Source of the DNA: Lingula anatina
Taxonomy: Eukaryota; Animalia; Brachiopoda
DNA: 64,000 nt
Assembly (NCBI GenBank): GCA_051362555.1
Contig: CM120642.1
Coordinates: 2,542,001-2,606,000 of the forward strand
Direction of reading: 5' to 3'
Shown here one piece after another: positions 12,046-26,440 of the stretch. Position numbers and translations under genes: made by a program. Under the pieces are notes generated by a model. The model had not been told where the DNA came from and searched no databases. It was given only the letters and a program-made list of their open reading frames with translations. Position 1 is the first letter of the stretch; every line of letters starts with the position of its first letter.

Positions 12046-15000
12046 GATGTAGTGTTCAGACATCATCCAACGACAATCATGATTCTTAAGGACGTGAAGT
12101 TCACATTTTCTCTTTAGAAACTTCTCTTCAGATGGACAAACTTTTCAAAATCCGCCTTTTCTGTCAGCGTATTGCGATAACGCCGTTGTCTTTACTAAGA
12201 ACATTATGGTATATGACTGCAATTTTAATAATTAAAGTAAGGCACTTCAGGTTGCGTTTTCGTATGAAACACATAACATATCCACAAATTCCAATAGGGA
12301 TCTATGAGAAAGGAGGCGTACTGGTAAAGTCCAATCCTGGTTTATGTCTAATGCCTCATAACACAGCATGTCAGATACCATCTGAAACCGCTGCTACATG
12401 CTCCATTCATAATCTATAAAGATAGAAACGGGAGATTTCAATCTTTAACGGCAAAACATAGCCTTTTATGTCAAGGAACAAGGATTAATTTACCACAGCC
12501 GCGAATTCTTTATTCACTCGGTCTCTGAATTCAAAGACGGAATTAACCTCGATGTTACAAACTATCAACAGTATTTTGGCCGTTCAAAGATGAACACAGT
12601 ACACTGTATATATTTTTTAACATTAGAAAGAATTACAGGACGATACAAATGTATATAGGCTGTATGACAGGGCTACATGGAAACAGGATTTCCGATGTCT
12701 GCGTAGTACATGTATAACTTGAAACAAATCCATCTTTTCATACTGAAACAATAATGACATTTCTTGTTCTTCATTTTGATTGCTAATTGAGATTTATTTT
12801 GACAATCTGTATAACCTTTAATATTAATATCCAAGACAAAAGAATTAAATTTAAAGATTTAATAAACGTAGGTTCCATTCATAAAGTGTATTCAAGTGTT
12901 TTTTATGAATTATATTTAGCTTTTGACATCTATCCAAATCCGTGCTATCAGTTTTACAATTTTTTGATTGTAAAAAAATTGAGACAGGATTTCTGCACCC
13001 AATCTCGTGTATTCTTCTGGGAACGTTTTTTGTTACAAACACAAGTATCAAAAATCGAAAACGCAATCAAAATATATTTTATGGACTACTTTGCACTAGT
13101 AAATCGCCTTTTGCCTAAAATGGGACCCGTATTCGTTGACATCCGGGACCTTCCAGTGAGAGGAACACAATGTTCACACCCGCCCAACAATGTCATCTTG
13201 TTGCCATTTTGTTTGGCTACTTGAAACAAATCTCCCAGGGGGTCTTCAGTTAACTGAGTGGTGCGTTTTATCAGATGACTAATAAATTGATGTAAAACAT
13301 GACTGGAGCGTGTTTCAAAAATTATACAGCTAAGGAGGAACGAGTGTTTAATCGCTTTTTATGGTCTCCAGTACGTAGAAATGGAAAGGAAGTCTGTGTC
13401 AAAATGTTGACAAACTGGCTACCTTCCTTTGTTTACCAACATAATCAAATGGACAAACGGGGTTGCAAATTCGTGATGCCACTCGAGAAGAAACCGTCTT
13501 CATAGAGAAATATGTCTGGCAATATCTGACTATCATATCTGATTACTGGGGATTCAACAATTTTGTAACAAACTAGTGGAGAACCATGTGGTGAGAGAGT
13601 CCGGCATGCTTGTTACATGTATGCCTTGTTGTACGAGAGGTAACATGTGCGCGTATGTTACTATAGTATACTGTGCAATGTACGGAAGTATAGTATATGT
13701 TGTCTCTACTGAAAATAATGAAAAATCATGCGTCGAAATTGACAGGCACCTGTTTGAAATAAACTACTTATCGACTTGGTTCTCTTCAGTCCTCTGCGTG
13801 AACCTTCTTCAAACACGTAAATCCCTTGATTATAATAAATATGTCAAACATCGTTATCTTAACAATCTGGCTGTGAGGTATTTAATCACTGTACCCACGG
13901 TGTTTTTCATGCAGACAGAGACAAAAAAAAAAAAAAAAAAGAGAACGTCAACAACAAGAGGGAAAACTCTCCCAAAGTTTACCGGATTTTCCCTGACACT
14001 GAACGTTTCAGCAAAATCCATATGCCAGCTACTTTTTGAACTCTCTTCTCGCATACAGTGTACGAGGAAGAAAACGCGCCTGGCCCAGTGGCTTTAAGCA
14101 TCCATTTAAACTAATATTGTTTTTTCAGAAATATGAAGTCGCAATGGTGCCAAGGAAACGGTTTATTTGTTAGGTCGTATTTGAAAAACACAGTTTGAGA
14201 GAGAGAGAGAGAGGGGGGGGGGGAGAAAACGGCAATGCCAATGCCGTAACGGTAGCACAAAAAACCAAAACAAAGCAGAAATTGAGCGCATTTATTACGG
14301 ATATGCTAAAACCCTGTTCACAACATTTGCATACCCCCTGGCATTTCACATTTTGTTTGTACTAGTAGCAACCCATCACAAGTCCAGCTCGTGAAACCGA
14401 TTAATTTTAAGAAAATGACAGCCTTAACTGACAGCTTGACGCCATATTATCCTGTTGTTTCTTAAAACAAGGTGCTCTCGTGCCGCTAAATACTAACTGT
14501 ACATACAGTTTATTTAAGTCAGTGAATGGTGCTCAAGTGTATAACTCAAAAGAAATAGTTCCAGCAACAGAATGAACTTATGCGTAAAGTCTTAATCAAG
14601 AGACTCATCACAGCTCGAGTGCGCCGATGATGTTATGTCATCCATTTTGTAATAACTTAAGATTTACTTTGTTCTGAATGACAACTTAATTTGCATTCGC
14701 ATATGATAATACTATCTACATTGCACTCTTCAGTCCTGTTCACATCCATTTTCCATGGAGACTGCCTCTATAACAGGATATTAGTTTTAGTAATGGCTAC
14801 TGAGAATTTCACTGGAGATAAGCTGCCACTGATATGATATCGTTTCTAGGAAACTCGTGGAATCTTAATTATTCATAATTATTTTACTGTGCCAGTGCAT
14901 CTTATGACTAAACATTATACATTTATATACATGTTTCATTTCTTGCGACAAGAAACTTACACAAATTTTTATAGGTATCTATTTTGTCAATAACTGAACC

Positions 15001-16828
15001 ATGCACTAAACGTTAACATTTTAACTAAAACAAATACATTATAAAAATCCTACTGGGAGATATAGTTATAATTGACAAAATCCCTAATAATCTCAAGTCA
15101 AAATAAAGAGAATCGTTCACACTTTGTTCAACTGACTCTTAAATCAACTCCATAAATACAGTATATTTTAAAAGAAACATATGTCACATCGAAAACTGAA
15201 TCATGCACTTCATATCTAGTTACAGACAATAGGTTAATGTAGATTTTACATTATGTTGTACAAACAGATAACCCACTGTAACACTGTAAAATTATAAGAT
15301 GTAAAAAATAATATCTATTTAAGATATTTCAAATCAAAATACCTTTGTGCAGTCATTTGTTCTATATCATGAGTATAAATTCGATTCCCATGAACTATTC
15401 CAAGACCTTAACATACATAAACCCCTTCGATTCCACGTAAAAAAAGGTCGCTATACTGAAATTTATATGTTACTTACCTTATGTGGAAATGGAATTTCAT
15501 CAATAGAAAAAAAGGTTTAGCGTTGGTCATTTGTGTTAACTCCTGCTGATATCAAATAAATTAATATAATTTCCTCCAAGGCTCATCCTACGTTTTCAAT
15601 AATTAGTTCTTTTCCTGTCACTACAATGGGTTTTCACATCATTCAATATGATTGTCAAATACAGAATGGGGAATGGAAATAAATCATCTTTCAATATTAG
15701 TCAGACAATTACAAAGTTATTGCCAACCACTGGTATAAAATTATACTTTATGGGACACCAAACGTAAGCTGCTGTTACGAATGCTTTAGGTGAGAAAAAT
15801 TCAAGGTGAAAGCTGGGAAACCACTATTTTCATTGTAAGGGTGTTCATAACTGACATAGAGAGTCAAATTACTGTTTAAGTGGGGTACATACTACATTTC
15901 TGGCCCATGAAGAAAAAAGTATATATAACCCAACATATTTTAATGACTCATGGTATCACATCCACTCTTGTGAAGTTGATGCCAGGACTGTTATACCAGT
16001 ACTAATACACAGAGTTTTTAATGAACACATATTCAGCTTTTGTGGAATGAAAATAAGTTGCCTTAAATGATGTGTAGCAAAAATATATTAATACAAAGCT
16101 GAAAATTTAATGTTGGTAATTTCAGTATAACATAACATGAGTACAATCTTATTGTGAATCTCACTTTACAAAAGTTACTTTCTTAACAAAGAAATTAACA
16201 AAAACATTTCTCACAATTTTGACAATCCAAACATCACGAAAGTCACAAAACAACGATCACTAGTAATATATCATATCACAACAAAAATGTGACAAGTTTT
16301 TCTGTTACAATGAGCTTATTATAAAATGCCTTTAGTTCACCTTTCTATCACGTTCACATTTAAAATAAGGTCACCATGGTCTATAAATCTTCAAGTAAAA
16401 ATATAATACTCTGAGTGTGCATATATAGGCTTATTTTTGTTAAATATCTCAAACTGTAAGGCACCTGCTGTCATATAATAATCATTTAATTAGAAAATGG
16501 GATCATGTGTATGAAATGCACCTATTCAGTTATTCTTTTCCCATCAAGGCTACAGCACCAATCAATGTAATACAAACACATACATATAAAATAAACGCAT
16601 ACACATAATCAGGGATGATAATGCCATTTAGTGCAAAAAGATGGAAAATATGGCAAAGGGTCCAGGGGGCCACCTTGGACAATGATAATTTTGGCAACCT
16701 GGTGATAATGTTCTTTACCTCTGCTGGACACAGTATCTTTACTTCTCGCAAATATGATATTCAACAAATTAGCACCAGGAATTTACAAAATCACCACAGC
16801 ACTGTGGCAGCCTATTGTTGTTCAGTTT

Positions 16829-18196
16829 CTATGGCAGAGCCACAAGAATGTCCACAAAGTTGACAGGGAACTGTCCCACTTTGTTCCCCAGCTCTCCACT
16901 GTACCAATCTTCATTAATTTTCTCCAACAGGTATATCACGTCACCAGACTAAAATAAAGGAACACCAACAACTGCTCAGATGCCTTGAGTGATTAACATT
17001 ATGATTTTTAAAACTTGAAAGTACATCACAAAAATTACCATTAGAATTTACTAGTACAAAGATAGCAAATCCTCTAATATAGCTGTAAAAACTATAGTAT
17101 TTACATTAAACCATGGTCAGCTCTTCCAACAATAAGATAATTGCACATGCATTTCACTTACACCCTTGTCTGTATTTGTATACGCTGTTAGAAGTACAAG
17201 CCCTATGATTAGTCAGTTACAACTCAAAGTCCACTGTATGCGACACATAAAAGCAAATTATATCTTGGCTGCACCTGGATGTAACTGCGCTCTTGTATGT
17301 TGAATACAGTGGACAACTTGTGTTGTAACTAGTACTTAATATTTTTGTCATTATGTTAATAATACAGTTTCTATCTCTTATTTTATAAACTATGATTTCA
17401 AACATCACTTTTTCACCATTAGACCTAAAAAACACATACATGTATAAACAAATAAATACAAAATATTACAAAATACCTTACTATGGCAAAAAAATCTCAC
17501 CTTGAAGGACAGCTCATTATCTCCTTGTCCCTCAAAGTCATGTAGAGCCCTGGCTTTGGGTGCATACTCACTGGAACTTCTAGGTTTTGTACCTGGGGGA
17601 AGGGGAGATAGAGTTACCTAGAGTGGGGCATGAACCCAGATATGCTAAACACAAATTATAAAATTTTTAATTTAAACTGCATTAGTTGAGACAGAAGAGG
17701 AATAATTTAACGAATCAAAACAAAAGAAATGGCATCGAGAAAATTAGCAAAAATCATTCATTTATCATTTGAAGCTATGCACAGCTAAACTATACAAAAT
17801 TTAGATAATTTTACACAACATATACAAACTCAATGGAGATATTACTGACAGCTCACGCAGCATGAATTCAACCAAATTCCTAAATCGGCACAGAATAAAC
17901 CAAAAATTCACCTTGCTCATCTTTAGTGATCTTCACAAAAGCCTCTGGGAAAATTCCCTCTTTTCCACCTAATTTGCCCTTGAGCCAGCCATCCCCGACA
18001 TGCTCTGTGATGATGACCTTGTCACCTTCCATAATGGTCAGTTCCCCCGCTGCCTCTGCTGTGAAGGAGTGAAGTGCAACACAGGAAGACGGCTCCTTCT
18101 ACAACAAAGATCAGCATACTGCTCTGTTAGCTATTAATAGGTACTTCATATATGTGGACAGCAAGGGTGTGCATGTACATTCCCTCTACCTCTCAC

Positions 18197-18272
<76 letters not shown>

Positions 18273-19226
18273 GACACATCCACAAACTATATATCAAGTG
18301 GACAGCAAGGGTGAACATGAACCCTTGCTCCCTCTCTCTCTCTCTCTCTCTCTCATTAATAAATCTGTTAAATAGATTGCATTAAGCAAGAGTCCCTGCA
18401 GAGTTGGATTGATCTATGCAGACCAATGAGAATGAGCCCTAAAATCATAGAAATTGATACTACCATGATGACATCTCCACATGATGCACACTCGAAATGG
18501 GGCTTTATTCAACTTATTCTGGTCTTATTTTCAAGCAACTTGACAGAGAGCAATTAGGAACACTGAGGAGTAATTTTAGTTAAAACGTGTTACACAAGTG
18601 ATGAATCATGACAAAGATGTTCATACCTGAGTAGGCACATTTTCCTTGTTATTAGTTGACTGCTTGGCTTCTTGAAAAGGTGGCAATCCAGGGGGGACAT
18701 GATCCACAAACCCAGCAGGGAAACTACCACTGTGGCCATTGAGCTCTCCACACAGCCAATCAGTATTGATCTGACTTAGCACCTTTATCTGGTCTCCAGC
18801 CTTGACAGATTGTAAAAAGCAATTCAATTGGATAATGAGAAACATATTCAAGAGGCCACTCAAAACTGATCTGACTTAACCTCTTATCCAACCCAATACG
18901 TAGTAAATTAATGTAAGAAATCTACTTGTAATTATCATCTAAGCAGACATTCAACTGCGGCTTTAAGTAGTATGTAATACCTGCTTTACCCCCAGCCCCA
19001 CCCCTCTGTGCCCCAGATAATAAAACACAATGAAATTATATGATTGTCAGAATAAGTTAAAACTTGTTAGAACTGAGATCACATGCTTTTTTTACCTTAA
19101 AACTGAGCTCCCCAACTTGCCCATCAAAATCATACATTGCATGAGCTGTAACAGCCATTGACCCTGGAAAAACCACTCACAATAAAAAATGTCCTCCAGT
19201 AAAATACAATCAAAGAATTTCTCTTC

Positions 19227-19258
<32 letters not shown>

Positions 19259-22200
19259 CCAAGGAACTTTCAACAAGTGCATTAAGTTAACAGAATGAGA
19301 AGTTGAGCCTGAGTTTATAACATTCCAACCAGTAGTCAATTTTTCACATTTTTTACATTTAATATCATGTGTTTATTCGGAGATTTGACAAGTCACTGTT
19401 AACACAGCCTTATAACACAATATGATATTAATACAAGTCTAAGACCCCATTTCCATAGATTTTAGATCTATCCCTGTGGGGAGTCGCACTAGATTACTGT
19501 CAGCTTAGCCGGCTTAAGCGTCTGTCCCGCCTACTAAAAGCTGTAAGGAGGTAATTAACTATGATGCACGCATGGCTGACTGCAATTTAGCGTGAACCCC
19601 CAGGGAGTTAGGTCGATCTAAATCTCTGGGAATGCACCCTAACAAAGTGAGTTCCCCTTCCTATTATTATAAAATAAGAATAACAAATTTATGGAAACGA
19701 GGCTTGACAACAAGTAAGACTTTTATACTGGCACAACATCTGTTGATGCAATACAAAATTTATGTCCTCAAAAATCTGATCTATATGCTTTATGCTACTG
19801 TTATGACCCAATGTATTCACTTTATTCTGGTGTATAAGAAAGTTTTTATATAAACGTTGCATGAAAAGCTGTGATGCAGAAAAAGCCCACTGCACATCAA
19901 TATACATGTGGCATTTTAATTTAGGTTTTAGTGAGCATGTATGTTTATGTTGGCCAATTTTACAATTTCAAATTGCTAATTTATTTAAAATAAAATTTTA
20001 ATTTGGCAAATTCAAGAGATCCATTTTCAAGAACTGATTTACAGTAATGTACAACTGTGATGGATAAATCATACAACTTTGAAGGATCTTTTCTTCAACT
20101 ACTTAAATAAATTTTTGACATATCTTTAAACTCTTACCTGTATCGCCCTCCCTTCCAGCAATCCCTGTCTCTGGAGGAGACAATGGCAAATCTTCAATGA
20201 TTTCTACAAAGGAGAGAGGAAAAACACCAACTTTGCCATTCAGGCAACCTCTCAACCATTCATCGCCTACTCTCTCCAGAAGTCCAATGACATCTCCATC
20301 TTCAAAGTTGAGGTCATCCTCACCTTCACCGTCAAAGTCAAAGCGTGCGCGGCAACGAGGACCAGTTAACAGATCTGGCTTCTCTGGGGCCTCCTGAGTG
20401 AGAAAAAAAAAATGCTTAAGAAAAATAAATTTACCATATCCTGTGCATTGACCAAGCTTACAATAAAAATTATTGGTCGATAAGATATAAATAACGACAA
20501 ACTACATGCTTTACAAATAAAAGCAACAGAGTAACTCTGTGTACCAAAATAAATAGCTGACTGCCATCTGTGATAACAGAAGCTATAAAAGATGCCACTT
20601 TACCTCTTCCCACAGCTCTTCTTGCAGAGGTTCCACTATATCCACAAAGCCTTGGGGGAACATGCCTTCTTTGACACCATTTCTGCCAAACAACCAATCA
20701 GCATCCACACGCCGAAGCAGAACTATGACATCACCAGACTATGGGTTTTAAAATGTGAAAAATAAAATAAAAATTAATTAATTAATTAAACAAAATAAAT
20801 GACATTTGGCATAGATAAAAAAGAAAGGAAATTACAAATGTAAGGAAATAGCCTTAGGCACTTATCCAGCATACCTTAAAAGACAACTCATCTGGTTGGC
20901 TGGAGTCATAGTCATAAGCTGCTATGCCGTGGGGTCCCTCCACTACATAGTGGAACAGGGGATGACCTGGGCCTGGTCGTGTAGGGAGGGGAGGAGGTTC
21001 TAAGAGATTGAAAAAAAATAATAATAATAAAATAACTAAAAACAATAAAATACAATAAAAAATGAAAATATTAAGATGAAATAAATACAAAATTGTTATA
21101 ATAATATCAATATCAAGCCTCAATCAGAACCTAGGCTGTCCTTCATGAACCTTGTGCATATCATTTGCATGCAATACTTACTATAGCTCCTACGTATACC
21201 CTGTCACAAGTTCTGCAAGCATGTATACTAATATTTGTGACTGTGTTTCACCACTATTACAGTGTCAGCTGCTTTTGTGTTTGCTGACAGCCTTTTGCTG
21301 GCAGATACCCATGCTATGTGGGAAATCTTATACACTACCAACCAAGTAAAATGTCTGTCCATGTGACTCAGTCACTGACAATGGCTATAAAATTATATTG
21401 CAAGGGATCACACAAATGATTGGAAGAAAATTAATCAATTACAGTAAATTTTCAAAAAGAAAAATCAATGGTCATGCCTTAAAACATTGGTTCTGCAGTT
21501 CTGCAAAAAGAAGTAATGTATGTTTTTTTTTTTCCTTTTTGAGACCAAAAAACAATGATGAACCTTGATAAAATCCCACTATCAGAATAAGTGATGTATG
21601 AAGTTTGTGAATTTGGTGTCACAGTACAGCAAGCTCCACGTGGAGCAAGTTACTCACCAGATGTCCCTGCAGTCTTTGGCTTTGCTCCAGTCAGTTTGGT
21701 TGACTTAGGTGGGCTGGGTTTGGATGGGGCAGCCACTGCAGGCCTAGAATAAGAGTACCTGGATATTTGTTCAAAGTGAAAACACTATTCCTAATTTTAG
21801 TTCCCACTTTTATTAAGTTTACTTCATACTTATTTTGCTTTATATTTTGACCCCTATAAGTTTTTAAGTATTTTACTTCTTTAATCAAATTAAAAAAAAT
21901 ACCAAAATGATTTCAATAATTAAAAGGAATCATTTTAATATACCTGAAGCCACCTGAAAAGCAATTCAAGATTTTATATGCTTGCCTGAGCCTCGGATAT
22001 AACATTTACTTCAATATTTAACCCCCTTTACACTGGACAGCATCCTATCTGCGTCTTTGGTGCAACCATGAAACTGTTATGGCTGTGGTTGTAAAAAGGA
22101 GGTACAAGCATCGCTTTGGCTGTAGAATAAATGCTCAATGATCTGCCGGGGCAGTACTATGAGACGCAGAAAGGACAACGTCCAGTGTAAAGGGGGTTTT

Positions 22201-24196
22201 ACTACTAAACTCCGTTCATAATCACACATTTTATTAATTTTTTTTACTTTAAACATTACTTAATTATATTCAACTATAATCAGATATTAATCAAGATACC
22301 CATTTATTACCTTGGTGGAGGGTTAGCGGAGGGGCGTGGTGGAGGCATGCTTTTTGGCCTCCCAGGTGGGGAGGATTTCTTCTCATCCACTGTTATATCT
22401 GCATCCATTAGATGTTGCACTGCTGTGTTACTCTGTACTGAAGGCACTGCAGCAGGGGGAGCTGAGGGTCTTGAGGGAGATATCTTTTTATTTTTTCCTG
22501 CGACTTCTCCTTCAGTTAAATGTATGTCATCTGTTAAAAGATCTACACCTGAAGGCTGGTGTGTTTCAACAGCCTGTTGTTTAGGCAGGTTATCAGAATT
22601 GTTACTTATATTTTCTTTACTCCCCTTAAATAGACCTGAGTTTGACTTGGGAATAATGGTTGGCCTGAAAGACGGCTTTGGAGGTTTAGTTTCCACAGGT
22701 TTAGCAGGTTCTGTAGTTTTAATGTCTTCTTTTAATTTTGACACATTTGAGGAGGCTTTATTTGCCAGAGGATCAAAGTCTGTCAGTTCTAAAGGACTGG
22801 CAAGAGAATCCTCTTGTTTTGCATCATTATCCATGGAACTTTTAGGAAGACTTCTAACAACCGTTGGCCTCTTTGCAACAGACGGTTTAGCACTGTGAGC
22901 ACCAAGTTCTGTCAAGTTTTTGTCTACAATATTACCCACGTTCTCAGATCCTTCGAATTTGTTCTGAGTACTTGTTTCAGTCTTTATAGGTTTTGGCTGC
23001 GGTTTTGGCTTTGGCTTTGGTGGAAGAACAGAGGGAGGTGGCTTTCTTATACCAGAATCCCCGCTTTCTGATCCAACCAAGTCACTCACCACAGCTTCTG
23101 TGGGCACCTCCTTTTTTACTTTTGGACGTGAAATAATTGTTGGCCTCCCTGGTAATTTTGGTGGGGGCTGCTCCTCTGTGGATAAGGTCTCTTCAAAAGA
23201 TATCAGTTCCTCCACTGGTTCACCTTGCTGCATGTCATTGCTTTGCTTTTTTAAGGAAGTGGACCTTTTAGGGGGTGGAGGAGCTGGTTCTTCTTCAGCC
23301 TGTGGAGTTGTCATATTTTTGGTTCTTGATGCTGGAATAGGTGGCGGAGGACCCCGCCCTTCAAGAGGAGCCCCACCCTGAAGTGACACGGGCCTTGGTG
23401 GGGGTTTGCTTGGCTTAGGAGGTGGCTCCCTCTTGGGAAATCCACTGTCACCTTCAGTGGAGCCCTTCCCAAATGGCTTTGTGCTTATCTGACCTGCAAT
23501 GCTGCCAGCGTGCCCTTCTAAGCCAGGGTGACAACTTCTTGGTCTTGATACGGGTGTTGGCCTTGCTGGTTTTCCACTGATTGCTGGGTTTGACCTCTGC
23601 ACGTCACTGTTTGGAGGAGGCTACATATAAAGACATATATATCTCATACAGGGGAAATAAATAAAGAATTAAAATGACATTTTAAAGTCAATAGCCTTGA
23701 TTACAAAATGGCCATAATGACAGATAGGACATAATTACATTAATTTTTATTGGGAATTTGAGAAATATGCACAGTACTTTTTATTTTTGCATATATCTAA
23801 TAACAGAATTAAAATATTTTCCAATATTTGACACGGCTGCAAATTACCAATGAATGTATAACTGATAATGCTGAAATCCAAGTATATCCTTACCTCACCC
23901 TCTTCTGATGATCTGTTGTTAAAAGGGGTAGTAGGAGATGCTTCAAAAATGAAAAAAAAAATCACTTGGTAAACATGTTATCAAACAAACAACAAGTAGG
24001 TGAATTTCTGTGTTAACAAAACTGACATATTTATCTGAAGACAAAATATGCAGTATCAAAGTCTGTATCCTACATATGAGTGGACCAATTAAGGTACAAA
24101 ATATTAAGTTGATTATCTCTTCATTGGAAATAAATCTGTTCTCTGCCCACAGTACTGTACATAGTTCAATGCCAACTATTCTTAACCACAGAAAAA

Positions 24197-24231
<35 letters not shown>

Positions 24232-26440
24232 ATGAACAAACATAAAATTCTTTCAAAATTACAGAAAGCACTTCTCAATACAAATATGAAGTAATGCATT
24301 ACGATATATATAAAGCACTGCCTGCATACCTGGTTTGGGAGAAATGTTGGAAGGCACCTCTGGTGTGACATTTTCATTGACTCTGAACCCAACTTCACTC
24401 ATAGGTCTAGCAGCTACTATGGTGATTTCTGGCCTCCTGGTGGGAAGACTCACATCATTACAGTGTACAAGAGAGAGCAGCTGGGGTGGGGATATTTAAA
24501 ACTACATTTCTGAGGCTCAATCTCAGGATTTATTTAACATGAACAACTGATAACAATTCTTTTATATCCATATCATGCTTAGCCTACAGAAAACCAACAC
24601 TTAAGTCTAACACGTGCACATCATCACATGCATGTACTCGGTACATCGTAAAATTACTTCAGTCAAATCTTCTACTCAAAAACAGGCCAACAGCCAGCAA
24701 TTTCAAAAGGGGGAATCTTTTCCTGAAAAAGTATACCTTTGACTAAAAAAGCTGCATTTTTACAGATTGATCCTAGATCAAATAATGATTTAGAGCAAAT
24801 ATTTTTACAGCAAAAAGCTATCTGCTTACTAATAACACCCTCCATACCTCTCTCTCCCCTCCTAACAGGCCTGATTTAAAATCTACTGGTAAATTGATGC
24901 ATATTGTGTAGTACATTGACAATGGGTAATTGAATCAGTTAAGAGTACATACTTTTTCACACTGCCACCGTGTTTGGAAGACTTGACAGGCACTGCTGGG
25001 GGAGGTTTGGAAAATGAAGAACTAGAAGACACACCAGCGTTCTTAGGAGCCACTGAGGGCGGTGATGGCTTGGTTGGAACTAAAAAACAAAAGTTATACA
25101 TCTTCAACCTTGTCACCCAACTTAAATCAGAATTCATGCCAACTCTGAGACATATCTGTAAGATAATGTGATTTCATAATTCAAAAATTTAGTTCAGAAT
25201 TTAAATTACAACCCATAAGGACACAGCTAATTTTTAGAACTTATTTAGAAGCTAAGAGAGTATCAGTAGGTAATTAACCGTTTGTTCTTCAGCACATCAC
25301 CACAAATTATGTCTTTGTCCTTGTACCAGTACATTTTGAAGGCCATATCTTATCTAATTAAGCTTTTACAATAACAATTAACCATTCCATCAATAACCAT
25401 AAACCATTCTATTCCATATCTATAAAACACTGAGAAACATTGCTCAGAAAGATTTCCAGTAATATTAATTTTCAAAGTGTTTGTGCCTGTATGTTGGTGA
25501 CTTACCCTGGGGTGTACCTACTGGTCTCTGTGGGGGGCCTGGTTTACGAGGTATTGGCCTTGGTGGCCCTACCATTTCACTGACAGGCCTTGGCCCTGGT
25601 GGGGGGCCTCCTACATCTGTGACGGGCTTGGGCCCTGGCGGCAATGGTGGGGGGCCACCTGCATCTGTGACGGGCTTGGGCCCTGGCGGCAATGGTGGGG
25701 GGCCACCTGCATCTGTGACAGGCCTTGGCCCTGGGGGCAATGGTGGGGGGCCACCACCTGCATCTGTGACAGGCCTTGGCCCTGGGGGCAATGGTGGGGG
25801 GCCATCTCCTATGAGGGGTTTGGGACTTGGGGGAAGTGGTGGCGGTACACCTGAATCTTTACTAGGCCTAGGCACTGGGGGAGGTGGCGCTGCTCTTGCT
25901 GGAATTGGAGGAGCTACTGCAGATCCATTCTCCAATCCTACAATATCATGTCACATTAAATGTAGATAAAAACTACAAGGAAAGCATTGATGTATAATTA
26001 TTTTAAAACAGTAACTTTACAATTTACTAGTACAAGCCTAACTCGATCGCTCGACTGTCACTTTAATCGTTTGGTGAAAGTACAGGTATAAAAAGCGGCC
26101 TAAAAGTAACACATTACAAACTATAACGTTAAAATATATTTATCAATTCTTGTTTGTATTTTAGAGGGATTCAATGAAGTGGTCTCATGGCTTTGTGTTT
26201 TTCACCAACATCGTACTGGCTCTGTGGCAGCAAACGCAGTAATGCAAACCGACCAAATATGCAACGTCAGTATACAAATATGCAGCAAATATAAAACAAA
26301 AGAAACCTTTTCCACATTCGTTATTCTTTCCCGCGTACATTCAACGTACTGGTCTCACCTTCTGTATTTCCATGTCTTATAATAGTAGGTCGCTTTGGAG
26401 GCAGTGGTGCTGTGTTCACACTTCCGCCTTCTTCCGCCAT
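16829..26440 (-). CDS. SH3D19: SH3 domain-containing protein 19-like adaptor (Pro-rich N-terminus, five C-terminal SH3 domains), 15 coding exons
   Basis: Exons (5'->3'): 26440-26359, 25937-25506, 25079-24953, 24436-24330, 23940-23894, 23620-22311, 21743-21658, 20999-20875, 20738-20604, 20393-20138, 19163-19096, 18800-18627, 18098-17912, 17592-17501, 16948-16829 (TAG). All introns are GT-AG and in phase. The motif PPPLPTRPGPGHPLFHY..PHGIA matches the SH3D19 pre-SH3 signature. Five ALYDF/ELSF/W..G/G.FP repeats follow. Confidence 0.88.
18200..18268. repeat. (TA)n microsatellite
   Basis: Perfect TA run in an SH3D19 intron. Confidence 0.95.
19446..19638. mobile_element. Degenerate MITE in an SH3D19 intron
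   Basis: CATTTCCATAGATTTTAGATC near 19448 is an imperfect inverted match to GATCTAAATCTCTGGGAATG near 19615-19634. Confidence 0.45.
22022..22196. mobile_element. piggyBac-type MITE
   Basis: Perfect 17-bp TIR CCCCCTTTACACTGGAC / GTCCAGTGTAAAGGGGG. Left flank is TTAA; right flank is TTTT (decayed TSD). Confidence 0.7.
25560..25810 (-). repeat. Coding 42-45 bp minisatellite in SH3D19 exon 2
   Basis: About 5 units encoding GGPPPLPPGP(R/K)PVTD(A/V)G, with two adjacent pairs of near-identical units. Confidence 0.9.

Noticed and set aside
11774-12052. Pro-rich 92-aa ORF as the last VEGF exon frame
   Set aside because: The phase-2 junction from 11058 selects the Cys-containing frame ending at 12045.
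12787-14097. 145-aa and 173-aa ORFs
   Set aside because: AT-rich, contain homopolymer runs and no motifs. They lie in the 3'UTR or intergenic zone between convergent genes.
18152-18385. IYIYIY ORFs (also 32480-32674) and the VCVC ORF at 43540-43764
   Set aside because: They are translations of microsatellites.
22336-23381. Several plus-strand ORFs (up to 183 aa)
   Set aside because: They are antisense to the large SH3D19 exon, with no independent splice or motif support.
25481-25969. 162-aa Gly-rich plus-strand ORF resembling a structural protein
   Set aside because: It is the antisense shadow of the Pro-rich SH3D19 exon 2.
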